DNA of 64,000 nucleotides, taken from contig NC_135893.1 in the NCBI RefSeq assembly GCF_964194155.1, forward strand, positions 54,436,001 through 54,500,000. Direction: 5' to 3'. How positions within the stretch are numbered: position 1 is the stretch's first letter; the number at the start of each line of letters is the position of its first letter. The notes below the pieces were generated by a model, which was given only the letters and a program-made list of their open reading frames with translations, made no database searches and was not told the DNA's origin. Shown piece by piece: positions 12,801 through 25,234 of this stretch. This DNA comes from Cetorhinus maximus (lineage: Eukaryota). The position numbers and the translations under genes were made by a program.

Positions 12801-15800
12801 AGAGCTGGGCCTGCATAAGGCTCCAAATACCATGCAAAAAAGTTAACATTTCTCATACAGTAAAATATATATTCTGAAAACAGCTAGTGCAACAGCACAC
12901 AGAGCCTCACCCTTGTGTATACAGCTTCTCCGCTATCCTCATAGTCTCCTTTGCATTGATCTTCAGCTTCCTTGAAACCAACTTCTCCAGTTCCTGTTTT
13001 ATAAACAGAATTTGTTCTTTAAAATTCAAATTCCAGTCCTTATTAAGATCATTCAGGTACTTTCTGCTAACAACCAATCCTTGCATGTAGTAAATGGCCA
13101 CAAAAGGCTTCTTCCAGGCAAAGGCAGAGATGAAGCATTAAGTGGAGAAAGATTGGGGAAGGTAACCAAAAACAAATTTAAAAGGTGCTTTTGAAGGAGA
13201 CAGAGAGGACATACAGGATCAATGTTAAAAAACCCTCATGTTCAGTCTGTCATGTGTTGTGCCAGTCTGTACATTCATAACAATCACCAATGACAGATAT
13301 CTCATGTTTTGTTTGAGTTTTCAGATACTAACCAAAATGTACACTCCATAATTAACCAGCTGAGTACTATCATGCTTCAACATACAATGGAGAACAAACT
13401 CACCAAACCCTTTATACTCTTGTAGCCTGATGAAATTATTGAGAATTTTGATAACTTTTCAAAGCTTGAGCTTGATAAAGAAAAGGCAGGAGTCTTGGGG
13501 CTCAGTTATAAACCATTTCTCTGCAGCGATTGGAGTGTGTGGGTATTGAGGCAGGGTCAAACTCAGCTGTGGTTACCCCTCCCTGGATCTTCAGAACAGG
13601 GAAGCACACGGTCCTTCCCTCCTAATGTCACTGAATCCTCGCTTGCCTAATGTCCCATAGCTGCCAACTGTGCTCTAAGTTTACACAATGGTCAATATTG
13701 AAACATGAGCTTCAACAGTGAGTGTTGGCCATGGAGGTCATTTCTAATTCTCATTGAACATCCTAGGACTTTTGTCAGGGGTCCCTGGACAGTGACCGGG
13801 AGTGCTAGTTCATCTCTCCCTTCTAACCCAGACACAGCAAGGTGAAAATACTGGCCTGGCTGAGATCAGCTAACCTGGCACAGACCAGGGGTCAAAAGCT
13901 GGAATTTTCCTGGTTTGCATGTCACTACATAAACCCGTTGAGTTAAAGTAGCAGGTAGCATTCTGTTATAAATAACCTTAAAAAGCATAGAATGACGGCA
14001 TTCAATATAAAAACATTAAAACAGAAACTAACATCTGAAACTCATGCTGCTGCAGCACGTCACAACCATATTTCGATACAGGCCCATTCTTTTTTTCCAA
14101 AAAAACATTGTTAATCACGATAGCAGGTTTTTTTTAAACAATAGAACTTGTCCTACATCCAGATACTCACCACAGTATCGAGGGGTAAAGGTCTCCATTT
14201 GCTCTTTGGTTTAGTGAAGACATCAAGTACAGTTGCAACCGGATCCTATGATCAGCAAAGAAAAGATATCAAGGGAGCATTCAAAAAGCATACAAAATCT
14301 TTACAAAACTGAGGTGCTAATTATTTTTTTCTGGATTTACTTAAATAACATCCTGTGCAACTAACAGTTGAGAGGCTGTGAGTGAAATATTATCCTATTA
14401 ACTGGGTTTCACTCACAGTCCTTTCACCAACCCCTACCTCTACAGAATAGGCTTCCCAAGAGCCACAAGCTCAACCACACAAAACTGTTTCACTCAGGGG
14501 TCGGAGATAATTCAATCACATTTACGCATCCAGTTCCCATTTTGTTGAATCCTATTTTCCTTCATCCACCTATCCAAACTAAGCCAGAATGTTTGGAGTT
14601 TCTGCCTCAAACACAATGGGAATTTCACAATTGTGTGTGAAGATTTATCTCTTCCACTGTTCTAAATCTCTTGCATTTAATCTTGTCTCTATTGCTTCTC
14701 GTTCTAGGCCTTTCAATGACTGGAAACAGTTTTTTTCTATCTAACCTGTCCCATCCCTTCAGAATTTTAAACACTTCTATTATAATTGTGTTATTCTATC
14801 AAGAAAGACCCAATTATTAAAGTTTTTCTTCAGGCAGCATTCTAATGAATCTGCAATTTACCGTCTGACAAATCTCAATATCATTCCAATAAGGTGGAGC
14901 CCGATACACAAAGAGGTCTAATTAAGGTTAATACAAGCTCATCATTACCTCTGTGTTCATACTCTGCACCCTTAAGATAAAACCTAGAATTTCATTTGTT
15001 TCCATTCTGATGAAAGGTCATCAAGCTGAAACATTATGTCTTTTTCTTCCTCCACAGATGCTTCCTGAGCTGCTAAAAATTTCCAGCATTTTCTATCATT
15101 ACTTCTATTTATTTTTCTATATTAGTTTCTGTATTTAATTTTTCCACAGCCATATCACCTCGAGCTATCTTTAATATCCTGTGAAGCTGTTCCCCAAATC
15201 CCACAGCACTATTTCGATTCACACACAATTACTGATGATAGATTTTTTAAACCAAACTGCATCTCCTTGCACTCAAGCATATTGAATGCCATCTGACACT
15301 TTTTAGACAAGTCCTCAATCTTATCAACATCGCTTTGCAGCTTCCTTTGCTCTTTTAAAGAATTAATTCTACCTATTTTTGCATCATCTGTACTCCCTCT
15401 GAGCCTATATCCAAATCATTAATAGTGAATAGAAGTAGTCCCAGAACAGAACCCCATGGGACACCACAACCCATTTCCAACTACAGTGAAATATAACCTT
15501 TAAAAACTTCTCTCTATTTCCTCCCTCCCAGCCAATTTTTAATCCAGTTTTCTATCCTCCTCCTACTTCCAAATATTTTAGGAATTCAGGAGAATCAGAA
15601 TGAAATACGTGTTCACCTCCATGCAGATCTGGTAAAGTACAAGGCATGCTGTATGGTTGAAGAGGCGATGTCTTTTCCAGTTAAATTCTACGTTTCCATC
15701 TTCAGTCTCATGGGTAACTGAAAAGCAAAACTCCTGGCTGATATCTGGCACATCTGGCATGAAAAAAGTCCACAACAAAGACTGGACCCTGATCACCCAC

Positions 15801-18800
15801 ACCATGTTAGCAAAATAGAAAAAAGGGAACTCTGTAAAAATGCACCTGTCACCAAAAGGTACTTATCCAGTTATCCATCTCTTCAGAATCTGGATATACA
15901 ATGTTTTGGGCATGGGTCCATAATTGCTTTTTCAGTAGTTTGGACTTCAATTATTGAAATATCTGACTACCATTTAATTGACAGAACTAACATGCAGCAA
16001 TGACCTTTTAATACAGAATCCATTGTATTGTACTCATTGGAATCAACACTATTTTTTCCTTCCTCCTTCCTTGCAGAGGTTCATTCTAGGGACTGATTTC
16101 ACACACTCCATCTCTCTGCATACCTCACCCCAAGTTATCACTTCTTATATGTGAACATCATTGGGCTATTCAACTGTACAAGCAGGCAGGGGCAACATAC
16201 CAGAGCATGATCCCCCTGTCACTTAATACCCACTGACACGCACTTTCAACAGGGTTCAGAAACATCCAACAGCTACACCATACCTTTAATTTTATAGAAT
16301 GTTTCTTGGATAAAAGCCTGGATCGCTTTGAAACGCTCGACCACAAACCCCAGCGTAGGAAACTGACAGCTGCCATAGCTGATGAGCTGATTTGACAGCA
16401 CGTTCGGGAATATTTTCTGTAGTCGCAAGGTCTGAAACCGGGTGAATGAGGCACCTATATAGATAAAATTACACAACTCAGTTCAATCAGCACTGCAAAG
16501 GCAAATTTCAGTTACATTTCTGTCATCTAGACTCACTTGGTGGTATTCTCGATCAATCGTGGGTTCAAACCTCACTCCAGAGGCATGTGCACAATCTAGG
16601 CTGACACCTCAGCACAATACTGAGAGTGCACTGTATTACTAAGGTCCCCTCTACTTGTACAGGTGACATGGGGGGTTCTCCTGATCACAATTCAACATTT
16701 AACATTTAACACCACCAAAACAAATTAAGTGGTCCATGTAGGAGTCACTGAAATTGGGTAAGAACAAAGTTTTTGGAGGATTGGGCAGAGTGGGGGTGGG
16801 GGGCTGTTGCTGGGGATTGTTGTGTGAACTTACAAGTTATTTTCACATGGAAAAGCACAGGGCAAACAAATGAAATTGAAGTTCCTTTGGGCTCCTTACC
16901 TATCCTAAGGTCCAACTCCTGTCTTACATCGACAGCATCGCTCACTTTCTGATCAGGTTCCACCAGATTCTCACAGGCCTGTCTGATAGCGCGAGGTGTA
17001 ATCTCGGAAAATCGTGCTCGCAACACCTGTAGATTGGGCTTCACTGCCCAGGGAAAGACAAGGCAGAGTGACCATCATTAACAAATCAGTTCCTCAAACA
17101 TTGCAGCAAAGTCTTCCAGCAACACACCAAGCTTTTCCAAAAGAATAAACAATAGAAACTAGAAATTACAAACAGCTTCACCCAATCCCAGTCCTTGCCA
17201 GATGTCAGCCTGCCAGCATCTCCCTGCCAAGATCAGCCATTTGTCTTCTCCACACCTCAGAGACACTCGAACACCAACTGCAGTGCCACCCTGGCTAACA
17301 TCGACTAGCTCACTGTGCAACGAGGATCACATCTCATTCTGATTTGTATCCCTCAGGACTGTCCCAAGTAATGCAGCTCCCACTGGACAATTGTGAGGCT
17401 ACCACAACTGAGCCAAGTGAGTCCTCTTCACCAACTGCATTCACGAACTCACGTTTAATACAGACACTGGCGTCATCAGTTATGTTCTAAATAAAATGCA
17501 GAGATGACGACAAAACATTACAGCACAGGATGCCATCGTCGATACCAACACCACTGAGTATTTAGTGATAGATATAGCTGCCATGTCCTCTTGCTTGATT
17601 TGTGTTGGTCAGTTCAGGGTAGGGTAAGCAGAGGTTAGAAAGCTGTCTGGTTCCAGGCACTGCCTGACCTGCAGAGACCCCAACAGGAGGCTGAGTGAAA
17701 GAGTAAATCCTTTTTCCCACCTGCCACCCAAAATCAATAGAGATTTCTATAAAATTCTTCAATGATTACTGAAACACACTGGCACACGTCATGCTATTAG
17801 GATCTAATAAAGCGTGCCATCACACCAGTGTACACAAACCTGCTTTACACACGTGAACAATTTCAAATCCAATGTTCTCCCCTTCACGATCACAGTCAGT
17901 CCAAAGGATCAGGGCCTGACATTTCCTCACCTCTCGCTCCAGGGTTCTCTACAAACAAACAGAAGCCAAGAATCAGCTACAACGATTATGTTATGTGATA
18001 AACTGCTGATCAAACATCATTATGCAAAGATTCATTATTTTAAATTTACACAATTTCATTCATTTATCTGATCATCAAGGTGATAACACGGGAATAGAGC
18101 ACTTCCTCCCTTCCAACATTCAATCTCTCATAAAACACTGCTAGGGCAGGTGCAGCACATGTTGAATATGGTGTAAAGCTCTCTGTCCCATCAAACACTC
18201 CCACAACAGGTACAGAATGGATCTGATACACAGTAAAGCATATGTGCAGCACGTGATCCTGAGCCATTGATATGATAATTAGCGTACCTTAATATCCACA
18301 TAGCTCTCTGGGCAGTACTTTTCCACCTCAGCATCAAAGAGAGTCACAGGGTTACAGCTGCGCCTAGATATCAGAAACAAAAGCTTCAATGAGCAAAATC
18401 CAGACTTACCAAACAGATTCTTCTTATTGAGAGATATTGCTGAATTCTGAAAATTGTTTGTTTAAAATGAGGACAGGATGATTTTTGTATTCTTCTGACA
18501 CAGAGGAGTGAATAAACAAAATTATAATAAGATTTTTGCTTCTACGTAGATAGTTTAAAGTTATATCACTTTAAGTTGGCATATAGTTTACAGTCCATCC
18601 ATGTACATCTGATTAGTGGGCTATGAGAACAGGCTGCACCATCTCCCAATGCTGAGATCAGCCTCCCTCTACCTGCTGACAGAGGTCTGTACATGAGATG
18701 AGTCTCAGCATGGCTTCATATTTACATAAAAACTTACCATTTCTGAAAAGGTGATTTGAACTCTAACTCGAGGAGGTGACCTGAGACAGAGGTCATCACT

Positions 18801-21800
18801 ACAGCAACATTCTGTATTCATGGTGGCATGAGAGGAAGAGAAAGAAAAAAAATTGAGTGAGCTCAACAAAGTAAACTTTACATTACACATGTTTTTGTGT
18901 TCCCATTTTTAGATTTTACTGTCCCACACCCTTGCACACGGCCAAAGAAAGAAAATATATTTTCACTCACTTCCTGAAAGACTCTCTCCATTTATCTTGT
19001 CTTTAATATCGATTTTAAACTGAGCTGTAGCAGGATCTGACAACAGTGGATGGTCTCTGCTGCCCTCTACCAGTGGGTTAAAGGTTTTGAATCTGGTTTT
19101 GTGTAGCAGTATAGAAGTAGTACACTGCACCTCTCCTCCTGGTCATTCCTCCCAAGTGAAGCAGTTTTAAAAGCAGTTTTTGTTTTAAAATCATTCCACT
19201 TTCAACTCACAAAATTCTAGCACTTCTATATCCCCATTCCATGTTTGATTTCCAAGAGGCCATCCCTAATTTTCATAAGACTATGAAGTGCTTGGGGAGG
19301 TCAGTTTGGTGGTCCAACATATATTTATCAAAACAATCTGCTTTTTCTTTTTAACTGTACACGAGGAACAGAAATGTGAGATTACAGGTAGTCTTTCTAC
19401 TGTCCAAAATCACACCTCCATTTCTAGGAATTTTCAAAAAATTACAACGCCCAGAGGGAAGCAACATTGTGGCACATGTTAGTTGTATATTAATTGTGTC
19501 CAACTGTATGCATGTGGTGGGCATAAACTGGAGATTTACTTATGCCTTTATAAATTGGCACAGACTGAAACTGTGGTACTTGGGTTCAAGATGAATGCTT
19601 GTAATATGTAATTCCGTAAATAAATGCGCATAGTGTAAAGATTAGCTTAAGTTCTACCCTTCACTAACTGGCTTTCAACACCACAGCCTGTTACGGACAC
19701 TCAATACACATGGTCAATTGGCAGTACCCACCCGAGCTCTACCATTATGAGTAGCTTAGGAAGGGGGAGGCGTAAATAGTTCGGAGTTATTCACTGCATG
19801 CATACCACTGTCCTCCAACCCTGCCGTCACCCTTGTAACCCCTCTTAGTGCCGGATCAGACAAACCTCTGGCTGAGGCTTGTGAGCAGTCACTCAGACCC
19901 TACCTCTCACAACAGATGTCACAGTGAGAAAAGAGATGAACAAAAGAAAATTCCAGAAGAGTTTTTAAGAAAAACATACCTGACCGAATAGATGATACTC
20001 ATATTCATAGATCTTGTTGAATTTTGAAAGTCCTTCTCTCTAATTGAAGCAAAAACAGGAAGATTATTGAGAAGCAGTATTTGGAAATTAAATAAAATTC
20101 AAATAAGCCAAACCATCAAAACACATGCCGGAGCTTCCCAATTCAAGTCAGGACATCACTTGGGCTGCTACTGAACTCTAAAGACTAGAAAACCCAGGCT
20201 CCATGGTACTGCTCTTATGATGAACTCACTGATCTTTATCAGAAAAACAGCAGTAGCCAAGAGAATTAGAGAAAAAAAATCCAGGAATCATGTTCTCAAC
20301 TGTTATCAAATGAAAGTCCCAGAAAGAATGCATCCGTGAGGTTATCTGGTGAAGACAAATTTGGCTCAGCTGTAATGATCCCAATAGTTGAAATGCCTGC
20401 TAAAATTCACAGCCTGGACACTTTCATGAGTACCCGAGGGTACCCAGCGTTCTTCAGTCCCTAATCCAGCTCAAATCACTGGACCAGATTTTCTTGCATT
20501 GCCAGGAGAATTGCACAGCTGTTACCCAAATTCCTGCCATTTTTAAATTAATTGCTTGAAAAGTCTTCACATTCCCTTACGGGCATCTGATCCTTCCTGC
20601 CCTGCACCTATTTGATCCAATACATCCAGGCCCAGAAACATCTGCCACCTATTTGCAGGAGAGGAGAGATAAAGGAAAAATCCCAAAGATGTAAAGCCAC
20701 TGATGATTTCATTGGATGAGGGGGAGAGGGATCTTTAAATGCCTACATAACAAGTCACTGCACTAACACACGGACGGATGAGGGGGAGAGGAATCTTTAA
20801 ATGCCTACACACACACTATATGATAGGTTTTGGTAAGGCTTCCCAACAATTAGTATGTGAGATCACTCAATCAAAGCTGGTGCACATGAACAACGCCCGA
20901 GGTAACACAGTTACATGTCAAACTCATCACAGCTGACTTAAAATACATGCAGGCAAACTAGCAGAGTGAACAGAGTGCTGTAAATGCAAGGAATAAGCAA
21001 GCTGACCAGTCATGCAACAACTACTACTTCAACACCTGCTGGAGAAACTGAGGGGGGGAAATAAAAAAGCAACAACTTCAGCATCCAGGAAAAAAGGGAA
21101 TTTGTAATGGGAGTTAGTCAAAAATAGATGTGGGGTCAGTCAGTGGGAAATCATCAGTGATTTGGAGGGTAGAGGATATGAGAGGGGTGGAACTGGTGGA
21201 AGAGCAAAGGCTGGACACACCAAGGTGACTGGGAATACTTAGATTCAGACGGAAGATACAATGATAGATAGGATAGTTAGAGCTAGGAGGATTCTATTTG
21301 GACCACAAGTCTGGACTCATGCCAGCTCTCCGCAAGAGCAACTCTCACACCCACACCCTTTCCCCATAGCCCTGCAAATTTTCTCTCATCAGCACTCATC
21401 CAATTCACTTTTGAAAGCCAGGAGTGAATCTCCTTCCACCACACTTCCAGGCACTGCATTCCAGATCCTAACCACTCATTGCGTTTTTCATGGCACTGGT
21501 GGGTCTTTTGCCATTCACCTCATATCAGTATCCTCCAGTCCTTGACCCTTCTGCCAACATGAACAGTTTCTCCCTACCTACTCTGTCTAGAGCCCTCATG
21601 ATTTTGAGCAGCTCTATCAAATCTCTCTCAACCTTCTCTTCTCTAAAGAGAACAACCTCAATTTCTCCAATCTATCCATGTAACTGATGTTCCTCATCCC
21701 TGGAACAATTCTCATAAATATTTTCTGCACCCTCTCTAAAGCCTTCACATCCTTCCTAAAGTGTGGTGGTTAAAATTGGACACACTACTCCAGTGGAGTC

Positions 21801-24800
21801 CAAACCAGTGTTTTATAAAGGTTCATCATAATCTCCTCGCTTTTACACTCTATGCCTCTATTCATAAAGCTCAGGATCCTGTATGCTTTTTTAATCACTT
21901 TCTCAATCTGCCCTCCCACCTTCAACAATTTGTGCACATTTACTCCCAGGTCACTCTGTTCCTGCAACCCCTTTAGAACTGCACTCTTCATTTTGCCTCT
22001 CCTCGTCCTTCATGCCAAAATGTACCACTTCACACTTCTCTGCATTAAATTTCATCTGCTGCACATCTGCCCATTCCACCAGTCTATGTCCTGTTGAAGT
22101 CTATCACTATCCTCCTCCCAATTCACAATATTTCCAAGTTTTGTTTCATCAGCAAAGTTTGAAATTGTGTCCTGCATACCCAAGTCTAGGTTAAGATATA
22201 TCAGTGGCCTTACAACCAGCCCCTGGGGAACTCCACTATATACCTTCCTCCAGCCTGAAAAACAACTGTTCAACGCTACTCTCTCATTTCCGGTCATTCA
22301 GCCAACTTCATATCATTGCTGTCACTCTATGGGCTTTAACTTGCCAGCAAGCCTGTTATGAGTTACTTTATCAAACGCCTTTTGAAAGTTATGTACAGCG
22401 TATGAACCACATTACCCTTATCTAGCCCCTCCATTTCATACCTTTACGCCCTCAACTCAGTGAATTTCGGGCTTGGCACGATGCTGAACTCTTCTTCCGC
22501 CGCCTCCGTCTCCGTGCTCACTTCTTTGGGCAGGAGTCTTCTCCCCGATCAACGGGTCCTTTTACCCGCCTTCAATATTCTCCCTCCACCTGGAACCCTC
22601 CCTCTGGATTTTTACCTGCTCTTGATCTTATCATTGAGAACTGTCGGTGTGACATCATTCGTCTCAATTTCTCTGCTCCTCTCACCAACTCTAACCTGTC
22701 TCTTTCTGAACTTGCCGCACTCCGTTCTCTCAGGTCCAACCCTGACTTTGTCATCAAACCCACTGACAAGGGTGGTGCTGTTGTTGTCTGGCGCACTGAC
22801 CCCTACCTCTCAGAGGCTGAGCGTCAACTCGCAGACACTTCTTCCTACCTCCCCCTGGACCATGACCCCAGCACTGAACATCAAGCCATTGTTTCCAGGA
22901 CTGTCACTGACCTCATCTTCTCTGGAGATCTTCCTTCCACAGCTTCCAACCTCAGTCTCCCAACCTCGGACGACCCGCTTCTACCTCCTACCCAAAATCC
23001 ACAGACAGGACTGTCCCGGCAGACCGATCGTGTCAGCCTGTTCCTGTCCCACGGAACTCATTTCTTGCTAACTTGACTCCATTCTCTCTCCCCTTGTCCA
23101 GTCTCTTCCCACTTACATCCACGATTTCTCTCACGCCCTACATCATATCAACAGCTTCCAGTTCCCTGGCCCCAACCGCTTCCACTTCACCATGGACGTC
23201 CGATCCCTATACACCTCCATCCCCCACCAGGATGGTCTGAGGGCTCTCAGCTTCTTCTTCGAACAGAGGCCCGAACAATCCCCATCCACCACTACTCTCC
23301 TCCGTCTGGCTGAGCTTGTTCTCACACTGAACAATTTCTCCTTAAACTCGTCTTACTTCCTCCATATAAAAGTTGTGGCTATGGGTACCCACATGGGCCC
23401 CAGTTATGCCTGTCTCTTTATGGCGTTTGTGGAACATTCCTTGTTCCAGACCTACTCAGGCCCCCTCCCACAACTCTTTCTCTGGTACATCGATGACTGC
23501 TTCGGTGCCGCTTCATGCTCTCGTCTGGATCTGGAAAAATGTATTAATTTTGCTTCCAATTTCCACCCCTCCATCATTTTCACGTGGTCCATCACTTACA
23601 CTTCCCTTCCCTTCCTTGACCGCTCAGTCTCAACTTCTGGTGATAGACTGTCCACCAATATTCATTACAAGCCTACCGACTCCCACAGCTACCTCGACTA
23701 CAGCTCCTCATACCCCGCTTCCTGTAAGGACTCCATCCCATTCTCTCAGTTCCTTCGCCTCCGTCGCATCTGTTCTGATGATGCCGCTTTCTAAAACAGT
23801 TCCTTTGACATGTCTTCCTTCTTCTTCAACCGAGGTTTTCCACCCACGGTGGTTGACAGGGCCCTCAGCCATATCTGGCCCATCTCCCGCGCATCTGCCC
23901 TCACACCTTCCTCTCCCTCCCAGAACCATGATAGGGTTCCCCTCGTCCTCACTTATCACCCCTCCAGCCTTCGGGTTCAAAGGATCATCCTCTGCCATTT
24001 CAGCCAACTCCAGCATGATGTCACCACCAAACACATCTTCCCTTCACCCCCCCGGCGGCTTTCCGCAAGGATCGTTCCCTCCGGGACACCCTGGTCCACT
24101 CCTCCATCACCCCCTACACCTCAACCCCCTCCCACAGCACCTACCCATGCAACCGCAGAAGGTGCGACACCTGCCCTTTACTTCCCCCCTCCTCACCGTC
24201 CAAGGGCCCAAACACTCCTTCCAAGTGAAGCAGCGCTTCACTTGCACTTCCCTCAATTTAGTTGACTGCATTCGCTGCTCCCAATGCGGTCTCCTCTACA
24301 TTGGAGAGACCAAACGCAGACTGGGTGACTGCTTTGCAGAACACCTTCGGTCTTTCCACAAGCATGACCCGGACATCCCTGTTGCTTGCCATTTCAACAC
24401 ACCACCCTGCTCTCATGCCCACATGTCCGTCCTTGGCCTGCTGCAATGTTCCAGTGAAGCTCAGCGCAACCTGGAGGAACAGCACCTCATCTTCCGACTA
24501 GGCACCTTACAGTCTTCCGGACTTAATTTTGAGATCAACAATTTCAGATCATGAACTCTCTCCTCCATGCCCACCCCCTTTCCCCAATAATTTATAATTT
24601 TTTTTACAAATATATTTTTCTTTTCCCTATTTTTAAATTTACTTCGACCTATTGTTTCATCCCCACCTTTTAGCCCATTTCGCGCCACTAGGGCCATCTG
24701 TCACTTGCTCACCCTGCTTTCTACCCTTAATGTCACCATTAGCACATCCTTTAGATAATAGCACCACCGTCAACACCCCTTTGTCCTTTTGTCTATGACA

Positions 24801-25234
24801 TCTTCAGCAGATTCGCTAGTTTTGATTGAGCAAGTTTTAGAAATGTTAAAATTAAAAACATACATAAGCATTGCTTCTAGATGGAAATGGTTACAGACTA
24901 TAGTACCCTCCAAAGTTTCCACAGTCTAACTCCAAGTGGCAACACCACGCAAATTTCAACTCAAAGGGGCAGGCGGATCCTAAACAAGGACATCATCAAG
25001 GAACAAGGCTGGTAGTTAGGAAGCTGTTTTCTCCGATAACTGGTGCTGAAATTATAACAGGCAGACTTCAACGAAAGCAATGTTTATTCCTCTTACCCTC
25101 CGGAAGCGGCCACCCGACATGATATCCGCGATGCTTTTGGCCGCGTCGTTCTTCTCGGCCACACACAGAACTTGGCGGGCCTGCAGCCGCCGGCCCATCA
25201 CGCTGCTCATCATCCGGCTTAACACCGATATCAT
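3718..25234 (-). CDS. TOP3A: DNA topoisomerase III alpha, complete 19-exon CDS (2883 nt, 960 aa)
   Basis: All 18 introns are GT-AG and exon phases join without a break. Motifs: TOPRIM ([23 protein letters not shown]), catalytic [10 protein letters not shown]4 zinc finger, two GRF zinc fingers ([16 protein letters not shown]; [16 protein letters not shown]) and C-terminal [18 protein letters not shown]. Matches vertebrate TOP3A as I recall it. Confidence 0.98.
4304..4959 (-). CDS. TOP3A: TOP3A exon 18 (two GRF zinc fingers)
   Basis: [12 protein letters not shown]...[14 protein letters not shown]; CAG acceptor, GTACAT donor; 656 nt. Confidence 0.95.
5054..5176 (-). CDS. TOP3A: TOP3A exon 17
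   Basis: [21 protein letters not shown]...[11 protein letters not shown]; CAG acceptor, GTAAGG donor; 123 nt. Confidence 0.96.
5908..6051 (-). CDS. TOP3A: TOP3A exon 16
   Basis: [10 protein letters not shown]...[20 protein letters not shown]; CAG acceptor, GTAAGT donor; 144 nt. Confidence 0.96.
6511..6676 (-). CDS. TOP3A: TOP3A exon 15
   Basis: [21 protein letters not shown]...AVTKAKK; CAG acceptor, GTGAGT donor; 166 nt. Confidence 0.96.
7578..7691 (-). CDS. TOP3A: TOP3A exon 14
   Basis: [19 protein letters not shown]...GMGLVEG; CAG acceptor, GTGACA donor; 114 nt. Confidence 0.96.
8120..8686 (+). mobile_element. CR1-type LINE 3' fragment
   Basis: ALVRPxLxY..Q.WSP-like C-terminal coding remnant, and a 3' end GGCTCGAGGGGCCGAGTGGCCTACTCCT. 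Confidence 0.85.
8687..9077 (-). mobile_element. 3' fragment of a second LINE family with a fold-back 5' end, inserted into the CR1 tail
   Basis: Shares the tail GGGCAATTAGGGATGGxCAATAAATGC with copies at ~31860, ~59160 and ~60700. AATTC flanks both sides. Confidence 0.75.
9932..10061 (-). CDS. TOP3A: TOP3A exon 13
   Basis: VIPVYERG...[16 protein letters not shown]; CAG acceptor, GTTAGT donor; 130 nt. Confidence 0.96.
10619..10804 (-). CDS. TOP3A: TOP3A exon 12
   Basis: [33 protein letters not shown]...; poly-T TAG acceptor, GTATTG donor; 186 nt. Confidence 0.96.
12056..12263 (-). CDS. TOP3A: TOP3A exon 11 (catalytic tyrosine)
   Basis: [12 protein letters not shown]...[15 protein letters not shown]; CAG acceptor, GTAATG donor; 208 nt. 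Confidence 0.97.
12911..12993 (-). CDS. TOP3A: TOP3A exon 10
   Basis: [28 protein letters not shown]; CAG acceptor, GTGAGG donor; 83 nt. Confidence 0.96.
14171..14245 (-). CDS. TOP3A: TOP3A exon 9
   Basis: [25 protein letters not shown]; TAG acceptor, GTGAGT donor; 75 nt. Confidence 0.96.
14560..15560 (-). mobile_element. Old CR1 fragment interrupted by a short PLE 3'-end remnant (15005-15110, plus strand)
   Basis: Decayed GVPxGSVLG-like remnant near 15440-15465. The insert reads CTGATGAAAGGTC...GAAAC...CCACAGATGC. Confidence 0.6.
15617..15717 (-). CDS. TOP3A: TOP3A exon 8
   Basis: [33 protein letters not shown]; CAG acceptor, GTGAAC donor; 101 nt. Confidence 0.96.
16284..16454 (-). CDS. 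TOP3A: TOP3A exon 7
   Basis: [12 protein letters not shown]...[17 protein letters not shown]; TAG acceptor, GTATGG donor; 171 nt. Confidence 0.96.
16900..17043 (-). CDS. TOP3A: TOP3A exon 6
   Basis: [15 protein letters not shown]...RQELDLRIG; CAG acceptor, GTAAGG donor; 144 nt. Confidence 0.96.
17840..17948 (-). CDS. TOP3A: TOP3A exon 5 (contains [12 protein letters not shown])
   Basis: TAG acceptor, GTTTGT donor, 109 nt; TOPRIM DxD motif. Confidence 0.96.
18288..18363 (-). CDS. TOP3A: TOP3A exon 4 ([25 protein letters not shown])
   Basis: TAG acceptor, GTACGC donor, 76 nt. Confidence 0.96.
18738..18811 (-). CDS. TOP3A: TOP3A exon 3 ([25 protein letters not shown])
   Basis: CAG acceptor, GTAAGT donor, 74 nt. 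Confidence 0.96.
19980..20039 (-). CDS. TOP3A: TOP3A exon 2 ([20 protein letters not shown])
   Basis: TAG acceptor, GTATGT donor, 60 nt. Confidence 0.96.
21280..22428 (-). mobile_element. 5'-truncated CR1 LINE (RT C-terminal half and 3' UTR)
   Basis: ORF fragments SGVPQGLVV...FADETKLG and [11 protein letters not shown]. Confidence 0.88.
22428..24805 (+). mobile_element. Penelope-like retroelement, Neptune-type (RT plus GIY-YIG endonuclease), truncated and disrupted, in TOP3A intron 1
   Basis: [12 protein letters not shown] (DKG motif), [33 protein letters not shown], a Cys-rich linker and [19 protein letters not shown]. Contains internal stops and frameshifts. Confidence 0.93.
25097..25234 (-). 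CDS. TOP3A: TOP3A coding exon 1 (MISVLSRMM...GGRFRR)
   Basis: ATG at 25234, donor [18 protein letters not shown] motif. Further in-frame Met at codons 8, 9 and 13. Confidence 0.9.

Noticed and set aside
20714-20810. 34-bp direct duplication GGATGAGGGGGAGAGG.ATCTTTAAATGCCTACA
   Set aside because: The duplication is real but has only two copies in an intron, with no sign of function.
23373-24554. 393-aa ORF as an independent gene
   Set aside because: It is an alternate frame of the PLE RT that enters the true GIY-YIG frame only after single-base deletions. The similar off-frame and antisense ORFs in the other copies are also shadows.
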